A stretch of DNA of 64,000 bases, from the NCBI GenBank assembly GCA_963716855.1, contig CAVQUV010000002.1, positions 170,758-234,757 on the forward strand. The letters run 5' to 3'. The notes under the pieces were generated by a model. It had not been told where the DNA came from. It searched no databases and saw only the letters and a list, made by a program, of their open reading frames with translations. Position numbers and translations under genes: made by a program. Source of the DNA: an uncultured beta proteobacterium (lineage in GTDB: Bacteria; Pseudomonadota; Gammaproteobacteria; Burkholderiales; SG8-39). Shown one piece after another: positions 9,135-20,473 of the stretch (position 1 is its first letter; every line of letters starts with the position of its first letter).

Positions 9135-9925
9135 ATCAGGAAGTAGATCGCGGCGACGAATGCCGCGCCGCCGACGATGTTGCCGAGCGTCACGGGCACG
9201 AGGTTGTGCAGCAGCCCGGACCAGTCGAGGGCCGCCGCCTGCGGCACGGCGCTCCCGGCGCTGCCTTTCAGCAGGAGGCCGAGCGGGATGAGGTACATGT
9301 TCGCGACGCAGTGCTCGAACCCCGCGGCGACGAAGGCCGAGATCGGGAAGACGATGGCGAGGATCTTGTCGGTGACCGAGCGGCCCGCGAGCGAGATCCA
9401 GACCGCCAGGCAGACGAGCAGGTTGCACAGCACGCCCTTCATGAACGCTTCCCAGAACGGCAGGGCCGCTTTGGCCGCCGCGATCTTCACGTACTGCGCG
9501 CCGATCAGCCCGCCGTTCGACGCCGCATGGTCGGCGAGGTAGACGACCAGTGCCAGTCCGGCCGCGCCGACGGCGTTCCCGACGTAGACGATCGCCCAGT
9601 TGCGCGCGAGCTCGGACGTCGAGATCCGTCGGCTCGCCCAGGCCATCACCATCAGGTTGTTGCCGGTGAAGAGCTCCGCGCCCGCGACGACCACCAGCAC
9701 CAGTCCGAGCGAGAACACCACGCCGCCGAGCACGCGTGCGGTCGCGAAGGACAGCGCGGGATCGGCGGTCACGACCACCGAGTAGAGCGCGCCGAGCCCG
9801 ATGAAGCCGCCGGCGCACACCGCGAGCATGAAGACGGCCAGGAAGGGCAGGCGCACCTTGGTCACGCCGACCGACTCGACTTTCTCGGCGATCTGCTTCG
9901 GCGAGTAGGGGTCGAGCTCGAACAT
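9107..9925 (-). CDS. Formate/nitrite transporter family channel (FocA/NirC type)
   Basis: 272 aa starting MFELDPYSPKQIAEKV, with six TM helices and FNT signatures (GAELFTGN, FEHCVANM). It is the C-terminal part of ORF 9107..11356. The ATG overlaps the upstream stop codon (TGATG). Confidence 0.88.
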   Translation of the reverse strand: MFELDPYSPKQIAEKVESVGVTKVRLPFLAVFMLAVCAGGFIGLGALYSVVVTADPALSFATARVLGGVVFSLGLVLVVVAGAELFTGNNLMVMAWASRRISTSELARNWAIVYVGNAVGAAGLALVVYLADHAASNGGLIGAQYVKIAAAKAALPFWEAFMKGVLCNLLVCLAVWISLAGRSVTDKILAIVFPISAFVAAGFEHCVANMYLIPLGLLLKGSAGSAVPQAAALDWSGLLHNLVPVTLGNIVGGAAFVAAIYFLIYRVALRDG

Positions 9926-11463
9926 CAGTCGCCCTCGCGCCCGAGCGCGGCGCGCAGCTCGGTCTTGAGCACCTTGCCGTAGTTGTTCTTCGGCAGGCTC
10001 GCGACGAAGCGATACGACTTCGGGCGCTTGAACCGCGCGATGTTGTCGAGGCAAAGCGAATCGAGCTCCGCGGCGCTCGGCGCGGCGCCCGCGCGGCGGA
10101 ACGACGAACGCCACGACCTCCTCGCCCCACTCGGGGTGCGGCCGGCCGACGACCGAGACCTCGTGCACGCCGGGATGGCGGAGCAGCACCTCCTCGACCT
10201 CGCGCGGATAGATGTTCGAGCCGCCGCTGATGATCAGGTCCTTCGAGCGGTCCATCAGCGTGAGGAATCCGTCCTCGTCCACGGCGCCGACATCGCCGGT
10301 GTGGAGCCAGCCGCCGCGCAGCGTCGCGGCCGTGGCCTCCGGATTGCGCCAGTAGCCCTTCATCACCACGTCGCCGCGCACGAGGACCTCGCCGGGCTCG
10401 CCGGGCGGGAGCGGTCGATCCTGCGCCGTCCGCGACGCGCACCTCGACGCAGGACTGCGCGACGCCGACCGAAGCGAGCCGCTGCGCGTGGCGCGGGTGA
10501 CCCCCGTCGCCATGGTGATGCCGCGACGAGCGCAGCGATGGTCATCGGGCACTCGCCCTGACCGTAGATCTGGACGAAGCGCTGACCCATGACCGCGATG
10601 GCGTCCTGGACGTCGGCGAGATACATCGGGCCGCCGCCGTAGACGACGGTCTTGAGCCCGCCGAGCGCGGGCCGCGCGGCGCGCGCGTGATCGACGAGGC
10701 GCTTGACCATCGTCGGCGCGGCGAACATCGCCATGCCCGGCCACGCCCGGGCGAGCGAGAAGATCTCCGCCGGCTCGAACCCCCCGCTCTCCGGGATGAC
10801 CTGCAGCGCCGCCGCGGCGACGTGCGGCGGCCCGTAGATGCCGGATCCGTGCGACATCGGCGCGGCGTGGACGATCGAGTCCCCGTGCCCGATCGCGTCG
10901 ACGTCGGCGAAGTAGCAGAGCGTCATCGCGAGCAGATTGCGGTGGGTGAGCATCACGCCCTTCGGCCGGCCGGTCGTGCCGCTCGTGTAGAAGAGCCAGG
11001 CGAGATCGTCCGGCGCGGCCTCGGCCAGGGCGAGCTCGGAGTCGAGGGCGAAGGCGCGGTACTCGTCGCTCTCGACCGCGATCGTGCGCGCCAGCCCCGG
11101 GACGCTCGCGGCGAGCGCGCCGATCGCCTGCGCGTGATCGGCATCGACGAAGCACGCGCGCGCGCCCGAGTGGTCGAGGATGTACTCGGCTTCCTTCGGG
11201 TGGAGCTTGGCGTTGATCGGCACGATCGCGAGGCCTGCCCACCATGCGGCCCACGTCAGCTCGACATAGGCCGGGCAGTTCGACATGAACAGCGCGATCC
11301 GGTCGCCCGGGGCGAGCCGGAGCCGCGCGCGCAGCGCGGCGCCGAGGCGCGCGCACGTGCGCGCGAGACCGCGATAGTCGGCGAGAGCCCGCTCCCCGAG
11401 CGCGAGCGCCGGCGCGTCGGGAAAGACGCGTCCGGCGCGCGCGAGCAGGCCCGCCAGGTTCAC
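9925..11463 (-). pseudogene. AMP-dependent acyl-CoA synthetase/ligase interrupted by three +1 frameshifts
   Basis: The N-terminal part in ORF 10363..11463 has the AMP motif LFYTSGTTGRPKGVMLTH and reads on to IYGQGECPMTIAAL. It continues in a second frame (SRHHHGDGGHPRHAQRLASVGVAQSCVEVRVADG). A third frame follows (QDRPLPPGEPGEVLVRGDVVMKGYW...WLHTGDVG...GGSNIYPREVE...EEVVAFVV). It then returns to the first frame (RRAGAAPSAAELDSLCLDNIARFKRPKSYRFVASLPKNNYGKVLK). The shifts lie at about nt 10525, 10420 and 10097. Confidence 0.8.
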
Positions 11464-11878
11464 GGCGCTGCGAGGAAAGCGGCGATCGGCTTTGCCGCGA
11501 GACCGATCTGCGTGACGCCGTCGATGTGCCCGCCGTCGGTCGGGATCTCGAAGTACTCGACCGCGTTGCCCTGCTTGCGCAGCGTGTCGGCGAGCACGAG
11601 GCCGACGGCGGCCCGCAGCACGGACCGGATGCTTCGCTTCATGGGTGCTTGCCCCCTCATTGGCGGCGCGCGGGAATCGGCGCCCGGGGGCGATTGTAGT
11701 GGGCGCCGCGCACGGCGGCGTCGATCAGGCGGGGAAGCGCAGGTTCCCCGGAACGCGCTGGATGGGGCCGGAGGCGGCCGGGAGGAGGAGGAGGGAGGAG
11801 GGTCCCGGCCGCTCCCCGACACCCGATCCAGCGCGGGGGGAATCGTCTGGCCGGCCCGCATTCCGGGCCGGCGCTGGT

Positions 11879-11920
11879 GGTTAGACGCTAGAGGTTAGAA
11901 GCTGTCGGTTGGACGCTGGG
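11879..11920. repeat. Three tandem 14-bp direct repeats (GGTTAGACGCTAGA / GGTTAGAAGCTGTC / GGTTGGACGCTGGG)
   Basis: Read directly from the sequence. The array ends 2 nt before the stop codon of the minus-strand ORF 11923..12282. Confidence 0.6.
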
Positions 11921-11922
11921 CG

Positions 11923-12282
11923 TCAGATGTGGGCGACGTAGCCGTCCCGCTCGAGCTTGCGCATGCGCATCTCGAGGTCGGCCAGGTTCGCGGCGCGCGC
12001 GAGATACGCTTCGTCACGTGCCCGCCGGCCCTTTTCGAGCCAGGCCTCGAATCGATCCCAAAGGCCTGCCACCTTGGCGCTGATGTAGGCGGCGCGCATG
12101 GCCCGCGCCCGGGCTTCGATCTCGACGCTGTTCAGCACGAACACGGTATCAACAGCGGTCTCGACCGGCTCGGGCTCCACCTTCGTGGCAATTTCGACCG
12201 CCACCGGGGCCTCGTCTGCGCTGAACGCCGGGCCGGACCGAATCACGCTGTCGCCTTCGTACATGGGGGCTGTCAGTCTCAT
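11923..12282 (-). CDS. Hypothetical protein with a DUF3563-like C-terminus
   Basis: 119-aa ORF with normal codon usage. Its C-terminal RDEAYLARAANLADLEMRMRKLERDGY resembles (from memory) the small DUF3563 proteins of Burkholderiales (AYL..s.dladLErRmR). It is divergent from the LysR gene across an AT-richer intergenic region. Confidence 0.5.
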   Translation of the reverse strand: MRLTAPMYEGDSVIRSGPAFSADEAPVAVEIATKVEPEPVETAVDTVFVLNSVEIEARARAMRAAYISAKVAGLWDRFEAWLEKGRRARDEAYLARAANLADLEMRMRKLERDGYVAHI

Positions 12283-12479
12283 TTGAAACTCCTAGCTAGA
12301 TCTCTGATCTCAATGCGTTGTTGCATTGCACGATGCCAACATATAGCCTCTGTGTAGCCGCTTCAATTCGCATGTTTGGATCGGCGCGATCGGTGTCGGT
12401 TATACCGTGTCTAATTTCACGGCGAGCCGCACAGTGAATCGCTGAAAATCAACCACTTAAGATCCAGGAGCTCGATTTC

Positions 12480-13415
12480 GTGGAGCTTTACCAGTTGCGC
12501 GGCTTTGTCGTCGTGGCCGAGGTCGGCAACCTGACCCGGGCCGCCGAGCGGCTGCACCTCAGCCAGCCGGCGCTGAGCGCCCAGATCAAGGCGCTCGAGG
12601 ACGAGCTCGGGGTGGTGCTCTTCGACCGGATCTCCAGCGGGATGCAGCTGACGGTCGGGGGGCGCCGGCTGCTGGCGGAGGCCGAGAAGGTGCTCGCGGC
12701 GGCCCAGTCCGTGAGCGCCGCGGCGCGCGTGCTCAAGGGCGAAGTTGCGGCCCGGGCACGGATCGGCACGGTCTCCGACCCCGAGTTCATCCGCGTCGGG
12801 GCGCTCCTGAACGCCGCGATGGAACGCTACCCGCTCCTCCAGATCGAGCTCCATCAGGCGGTCAGCGGCGAGGCTTTCGAGCAGGTGCGCCAGGGCGAGC
12901 TCGACGCGAGCTTCTATTTCGGGACGCTCGCGCATCCGACGATGGCCGGCCTGCGGCTGGGGGAGATGGCCTATCGGGTCGTGGCGCCGGCGCAGTGGTG
13001 CGACCGGATCGCGGCGGCGGGCTGGGCGGAACTCGCCGCGATGCCGTGGATCATGACTCCGTCGATCAGCACCCACAACCAGCTGGTCAGCGAGCTCTTC
13101 GCCGGGCACGCCCCGGCGCCGGCCAAAGTGGTCGTGGCCGACCAGGAGTCCCTCATCAGCGAGCTCGTCGGCGCGGGTGTCGGGGTGGCGCTCATGCGCG
13201 AGGACCTCGCCCTCGAGAAGGTCGCGGCGGGCGAGGCGTGCCTGTGGCGCGAGCTCCGCGTCACGACGACGCTGTGGTTCGTCTACCTCGCGGAGCGCGC
13301 GCACGATCCCGCGATCGCGGCGCTGCTCGACGTGCTGCGCGACCTGTGGGGCGTGACCGCGGCGGCGGAGCCGCGGGTCAGCCGCGGCCGGCGAGCTTCG
13401 CGTTCGCCTGCGTGA
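12480..13415 (+). CDS. LysR-family transcriptional regulator
   Basis: 311 aa with an N-terminal wHTH ([47 protein letters not shown]) and a periplasmic-binding-fold effector domain. Confidence 0.9.
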   Translation: MELYQLRGFVVVAEVGNLTRAAERLHLSQPALSAQIKALEDELGVVLFDRISSGMQLTVGGRRLLAEAEKVLAAAQSVSAAARVLKGEVAARARIGTVSDPEFIRVGALLNAAMERYPLLQIELHQAVSGEAFEQVRQGELDASFYFGTLAHPTMAGLRLGEMAYRVVAPAQWCDRIAAAGWAELAAMPWIMTPSISTHNQLVSELFAGHAPAPAKVVVADQESLISELVGAGVGVALMREDLALEKVAAGEACLWRELRVTTTLWFVYLAERAHDPAIAALLDVLRDLWGVTAAAEPRVSRGRRASRSPA

Positions 13416-14673
13416 GGCGATCGATCAGCACCCGCATGAACGCCTTCTGGAAGTTCACCTGGCAGGTCGAGCTGGCCACACGGAGCGCGATCGACTTGAT
13501 CTCGATGACGGTGATGTCGTTGAGCGCCTTGATGCTCGTCGTCCGCTGCGTGACGCGATCGTTGAAGTAGAGCAGCTCGCCGAAGCAGCCGGCGCGGCGG
13601 ATGGTGTTGATCGAGGTGCCGCCGATCGACACGTCGACCTCGCCCTCGATCAGCAGGAAGAAGCTCTCGCCGTGGTCGCCCTCGCGGATGATCACCGTAT
13701 TGCGCGGAATCTCGCGCCAGTGGCTGATGCGCAGCGCCTCCCACAGGGTCGCGTCGTCGAAGTCCTCGAAGAACGACAGGTTCTTCAGCTCGGCGAACTT
13801 CGCCGAGTCCGAGATCGATTCGCCGGCGAGTCGCAGGGCGCCGAACGCCTTGGAGAGGTCCTTGCCGAAATCGATCCAGCTCTGGTAGCGGTTCGCCGAG
13901 TTCTTCTGCATCGCCTTGAGGCAGATCTCGTCGAGCAGGGCCGGCAGCTCCGGCCGCAGCTGCGACGGCGGCGGCGGCGTGACGTTCAGGATCTCGTAGG
14001 TGAGCGAGAGCTGGTTGGACGCGTTGAACGGCAGCCGCCCGGTGAGCAGCTTGTACATCACCACGCCGAGCGAGTAGATGTCGGTGTGATGGGTGATGTC
14101 CTCGAGCCGGATCTGCTCGGGCGACATGTACGCGGGCGAGCCGATCCCGGTGAGCTGCGTGGTGTCCTGCGCGAGCTGCTCCTGGAACGAGGCGCCGAAG
14201 TCGCTGACCTTGATCTCGCCTTCCGGGCTGTAGAGGAGGTTGCCGGGCTTGATGTCGCGGTGGATCACACCCAACTGGAACGCGTAATCGAGCGCCCGGA
14301 TGCACTTGAAGATCACCTCGACCACCTTCGACAGCGGCAGCAGGCTGTCGATCTCGCTGTAGGTCTCGAGGGTGGTGCCCCGGACGTACTCCATGACGAT
14401 GTAGCTGTACTCGGGCTCGCTGACGGCGTCGAAGATCTCGACGATGTGCGGGTGGTTCAGCCGTCCGGCGAGCGCCGCCTCGGCGAGGAAGCCCTTGCGC
14501 AGCAGCTTCGCGGTCTGCTCGCTGACGCTCTCCTCGAAGAAGAACACCTTGATCGCGACGTCGCGGTCGGCGAACGGGTCGCGTCCGAGGTAGACGCGGC
14601 TGGTGGCGCCCCGCCCGATCTCCTGCTTGATCGGGTACTTGCCGATGCGCCATTCGAGCTCGAACTTCATCAT
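13378..14673 (-). CDS. Hanks-type Ser/Thr protein kinase fused to a C-terminal cyclic-nucleotide-binding domain
   Basis: 431 aa. The kinase domain has GRGATSRVY...[17 protein letters not shown] and [10 protein letters not shown]. The cNMP domain shows FFEDF...[19 protein letters not shown]...GCFGELLYF...RTTSIKA (phosphate-binding cassette). Confidence 0.85.
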   Translation of the reverse strand: MMKFELEWRIGKYPIKQEIGRGATSRVYLGRDPFADRDVAIKVFFFEESVSEQTAKLLRKGFLAEAALAGRLNHPHIVEIFDAVSEPEYSYIVMEYVRGTTLETYSEIDSLLPLSKVVEVIFKCIRALDYAFQLGVIHRDIKPGNLLYSPEGEIKVSDFGASFQEQLAQDTTQLTGIGSPAYMSPEQIRLEDITHHTDIYSLGVVMYKLLTGRLPFNASNQLSLTYEILNVTPPPPSQLRPELPALLDEICLKAMQKNSANRYQSWIDFGKDLSKAFGALRLAGESISDSAKFAELKNLSFFEDFDDATLWEALRISHWREIPRNTVIIREGDHGESFFLLIEGEVDVSIGGTSINTIRRAGCFGELLYFNDRVTQRTTSIKALNDITVIEIKSIALRVASSTCQVNFQKAFMRVLIDRLTQANAKLAGRG

Positions 14674-14748
14674 TTCGAAGGATTTTTTCGTCGACCGGCA
14701 AGTTTATCGCAAGCTCGCGGGCCGGCCCATTGACCACGCGCGGCAAGG

Positions 14749-14777
14749 CTTGAAAAAACCGGCACTTGTCCACATTA
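14749..14777 (+). promoter_or_regulatory. Sigma-32 (RpoH) type heat-shock promoter upstream of clpB
   Basis: CTTGAAA (14749-14755), a 14-nt spacer, then CCACATTA (14770-14777), against the consensus CTTGAAA-N13-15-CCCCATnT. It lies about 35 nt upstream of the clpB ATG, and an RBS (GAAGGAG) follows. Confidence 0.6.
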
Positions 14778-14810
14778 GCTAAGGCAGTACCGAACAGAAG
14801 GAGTGCGCTC

Positions 14811-17415
<2,605 letters not shown>

Positions 17416-17447
17416 CGCGCCCGCGCACGCGGGCGGCGCCCGGCGGC

Positions 17448-17476
17448 TTGACAACCCCAGGGCGATCCCCTATACA
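17448..17476 (+). promoter_or_regulatory. Near-consensus sigma-70 promoter (TTGACA-17 nt-TATACA) preceding a ~240-nt leader
   Basis: TTGACA at 17448-17453, an exact 17-nt spacer, then TATACA at 17471-17476. The next gene start is 17723. Confidence 0.5.
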
Positions 17477-17722
17477 CGCGGCTTGAGCGTGGGTGGGTAG
17501 AAGCGGTCAGCCGGGCCGACGATGGCGCAACGCCGCTGCGGTTCGGTAGGAGATTGCTCACAAGCGTACGTTTTCGCTGCGTGCGATCCTGACCGAGAAC
17601 TGCCTATGTCACGCACTCCCCCTGCTGCCGAGGCAACGACAAGCGGGACCGCCCATGCCGGCGCACCCGTGCACTGCACTGATCGAGTCTCCCCGCACCG
17701 CCCATCTTCGAGGAGGGTAGCC

Positions 17723-18694
17723 ATGTTCGACCGTTTCACCAGGGTTCTCGCACTCGCGCTGCTCGCGCTCCCGCTGGCGGCGCCGGCGCAGGACAAGATC
17801 ACTTTCATGACCAGCTGGTACGCGCAGGCCGAGCACGGCGGCTTCTACCAGGCGCTCGCGAAGGGCCTGTACAAGAAGTACGGCCTCGACGTCACCATCA
17901 GGATGGGCGGTCCCCAGGTGAACGGCATGCAGCTCATGATGGCGGGCCAGGCCGACATGCACATGGGCTACGACTTCCAGGTCCTCAAGTCGATCGAGCA
18001 GGGCCTGACGCCGGTGACCGTGGCGACCTCGTTCCAGCACGATCTCCAGGGCCTCCTCGCGCACGAGGACGTCAAGAGCCTCGGCGACCTCAAGGGCAAG
18101 ACCATCCTCGTCGCCACCGCGGGCCGCTCCTCCTGGTGGCCGTGGATGCGACAGAAATACGGCTACGCCGAGGAGCAGGTGCGCCCGTATACGTTCAACC
18201 TGCAACCCTTCCTCGCGGACCAGAATCTCGCGCAGCAGGCCTACCTGTCCTCCGAGCCCTTCCAGGCGGAGAAGGCCGGCGTGAAGGCGCGCTTCTTCCT
18301 CTTCGCGCGCGACGGCTTCCCGCCGTACGGCACGACCATCGTGGCCACCCAGAGGCTCGTGAAGGAGAAGCCGGACGTGGTGCAGCGCTTCGTGCGCGCG
18401 TCGATGGAAGGCTGGAAGGGCTACCTGGAGGATCCGGCCGCCGCGAACGAGCTGATCAAGAAGGACAACCCGAACATGAAGGACGACCAGCTCGCCTACG
18501 CGGTCGCGAAGCTGAAGGAGCAGAACCTGGTCGGCGGCGGCGACGCGGCGAAGATGGGCATCGGGGTGATGACCGACGAGCGCTGGAAGAAGACCCACGA
18601 ATACATGGTCTCGGCGGGGCTGCTGCCCGCGACCGTCGACGTCCGGCAGGCGTACACGACGCAGTTCGTCAAGGACCTGAAGGTCATGCCGTAA
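17723..18694 (+). CDS. ABC transporter periplasmic substrate-binding protein, NMT1/THI5-like (COG0715 nitrate/sulfonate/bicarbonate type)
   Basis: ATG 17723 follows the RBS AGGAGGG. It has a signal peptide (MFDRFTRVLALALLALPLAAPAQD) and the family hallmark WYAQAEHGGFYQALAKGLYKKYGLDV. It is the internal part of ORF 17522..18694. Confidence 0.85.
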   Translation: MFDRFTRVLALALLALPLAAPAQDKITFMTSWYAQAEHGGFYQALAKGLYKKYGLDVTIRMGGPQVNGMQLMMAGQADMHMGYDFQVLKSIEQGLTPVTVATSFQHDLQGLLAHEDVKSLGDLKGKTILVATAGRSSWWPWMRQKYGYAEEQVRPYTFNLQPFLADQNLAQQAYLSSEPFQAEKAGVKARFFLFARDGFPPYGTTIVATQRLVKEKPDVVQRFVRASMEGWKGYLEDPAAANELIKKDNPNMKDDQLAYAVAKLKEQNLVGGGDAAKMGIGVMTDERWKKTHEYMVSAGLLPATVDVRQAYTTQFVKDLKVMP

Positions 18695-18789
18695 GGCGCG
18701 CGCCGCCCGCGTCGCCAGGCGCGCCGCGCCGCGCTCGCCCGAAGGCGAGTCCGCGCGCGGCGCGGGAACCCCCCAGGCCAGCCATCGCA

Positions 18790-19596
18790 ATGTCCGCACT
18801 GCTCGCGTCCGCCAGGGACCCGGTCGTCGAGATCCGGGGGGCGGACAAGGTCTTCCCCAACGGCACCCGGGCGCTCAGCCCGGTCGACCTCACGATCCGC
18901 GGCGGCGAGTTCGTCACGCTGCTCGGTCCGTCGGGTTGCGGGAAGTCGACGCTGCTGAAGCTGATCGCGAACCTGATCGCGCCGTCCACCGGGACGCTCG
19001 GCTGGTGGCAGAGCGGGTTCGATCACGTCGGCGCGCCGGGCAAGAATCTCGTGATGGTGTTCCAGGACGCGACGCTCATGCCCTGGGCGCGCGTGCAGCG
19101 GAACGTGCGCCTGCCGCTCGATCTCGCGCAGATGGCCCGGGCGGACGCCGATGCGCGCGTGGCCGAGGCGCTGGCGCTCGTCGGACTGACCGGCTTCGAG
19201 ACCCACTACCCGCGGCAGCTCTCCGGCGGGATGCAGATGCGCGTCTCGATCGCGCGCGCGCTCGTGACCGAGCCGAACCTGCTGCTGATGGACGAACCGT
19301 TCGGGGCGCTCGACGAGATCACGCGCAACAAGCTGGACGCCGACATCATCCAGCTGTGGTGGAAGAAGCAGCTCACCATCGTCTTCGTGACGCACAGCAT
19401 CTACGAGGCGATCTTCCTGTCGACCCGCATCGTGGTCATGGCGGCGCGGCCGGGGCGGGTGCTGAAGGACGTCGTGATCGACGAGCCGCACCCCCGCACC
19501 GAGGCGTTCCGCGTCACCCAGAAGTTCGCCGCCTACGCGAAGGAGCTGACCGAGCTCCTCGCCGAAGCCAGCGCGAAGGGAGCGACCGACCTGTGA
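18790..19596 (+). CDS. ABC transporter ATP-binding protein (COG1116 type)
   Basis: MSALLASARDPVVEIRG... with Walker A GPSGCGKST, signature LSGGMQMRV and Walker B LLLMDEPFGALD. Confidence 0.9.
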   Translation: MSALLASARDPVVEIRGADKVFPNGTRALSPVDLTIRGGEFVTLLGPSGCGKSTLLKLIANLIAPSTGTLGWWQSGFDHVGAPGKNLVMVFQDATLMPWARVQRNVRLPLDLAQMARADADARVAEALALVGLTGFETHYPRQLSGGMQMRVSIARALVTEPNLLLMDEPFGALDEITRNKLDADIIQLWWKKQLTIVFVTHSIYEAIFLSTRIVVMAARPGRVLKDVVIDEPHPRTEAFRVTQKFAAYAKELTELLAEASAKGATDL

Positions 19597-20378
19597 GCGA
19601 CCGCCTCATTCGATGGGCCGCGCCGCTCGCCGTAGGCGTCTTCGTCCTGGTCCTCTGGCATGTGCTGGTGAAGGCTTTCGACGTGCCCAAGTTCCTCGTC
19701 CCGGGCCCGCTGCTCGTGCTCGAGACGCTGATCACCGACTGGGGCCTGCTGTTCCGGTCGCTGCTGGTCACGCTCAAGATCACGTTCGGCGCGTTCCTGC
19801 TGGCGGTCGTGATCGGCACGACGGTGGCATTCCTGTTCGTCCAGAGCCGCTGGGTCGAGATGAGTCTCTTCCCCTACGCGGTGCTGCTGCAGGTCACGCC
19901 GATCGTGGCGATCGCGCCGCTCATCATCATCTGGGTCAAGGAGCCGACCCTGGCGCTGATCGTCTGCGCCACGATCGTCGCGCTGTTCCCGATCATCTCC
20001 AACACGATCCTCGGGCTGCGCAGCGTGAACCCCGGGCTGATCAATTTGTTCCGCATGAACAAGGCGACGCGCTGGCAGACGCTCACGCAGCTGCGCATCC
20101 CGTCGGCCGCGCCGTACTTCTTCGGCGGCCTGCGCATCTCCTCGGGCCTCGCGCTGATCGGCGCGGTCGTGGCCGAGTTCGTCGCCGGCACGGGCGGCAC
20201 CGGCGCGGGCCTCGCCTACCAGATCCTCCAGGCGGGCTACCAGATCAACATTCCGCGCCTGTTCGCCGCGCTGCTGATGATCACCGTCACCGGCGTGCTG
20301 CTGTTCCTCCTGATGGTGTTCCTGTCCAAGCTGGCGCTCGCGAGCTGGCACGAGTCGGAAGTGGCGCACGAGAGCTAG
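19593..20378 (+). CDS. ABC transporter permease (COG0600 type)
   Basis: GTG 19593 overlaps the ATPase stop (GTGA). About 6 TM helices and a BPD-transporter EAA-like loop (NKATRWQTLTQLRIPSAAPYFFGGLR). Confidence 0.9.
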   Translation: MSDRLIRWAAPLAVGVFVLVLWHVLVKAFDVPKFLVPGPLLVLETLITDWGLLFRSLLVTLKITFGAFLLAVVIGTTVAFLFVQSRWVEMSLFPYAVLLQVTPIVAIAPLIIIWVKEPTLALIVCATIVALFPIISNTILGLRSVNPGLINLFRMNKATRWQTLTQLRIPSAAPYFFGGLRISSGLALIGAVVAEFVAGTGGTGAGLAYQILQAGYQINIPRLFAALLMITVTGVLLFLLMVFLSKLALASWHESEVAHES

Positions 20379-20473
20379 GATTGGATGAAACCGATGCCGC
20401 AGGCATCGCTTTCCCGGATTTCGGGGAGCACGCGGGGGCGCCGCGCAGCGGCACTGCTCCCTCGTGTCGTCGA

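Noticed and set aside
11460-11861. ORF 11460..11861(-). Its last 60 residues (MKRSIRSVLRAAVGLVLADTLRKQGNAVEYFEIPTDGGHIDGVTQIGLAAKPIAAFLAAP) vaguely resemble the C-terminus of an alpha/beta hydrolase.
   Set aside because: The upstream two-thirds is Pro/Ser/Arg nonsense. No other frame continues a hydrolase fold. The resemblance is too weak to call either a gene or a remnant without a database search.
13378-13415. The 38-nt convergent overlap of the LysR gene and the kinase gene as a possible antisense regulatory arrangement.
   Set aside because: The LysR C-terminal tail (…[15 protein letters not shown]) looks like a GC-driven read-on beyond the conserved domain. The overlap may simply reflect a late stop codon, and nothing further supports a regulatory role.
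17477-17722. A known riboswitch class (TPP because of the THI5/NMT1-like binding protein; also purine, guanidine-I, ZTP, cobalamin, glycine, Moco) in the long leader.
   Set aside because: By eye I could not find the conserved cores I remember, such as CUGAGA with ACCUGAUCUGGAUAAUGCCAGCG for TPP, or the GCCACUG B12 box. It is kept only as an unclassified-leader hypothesis, and a covariance-model search is needed.
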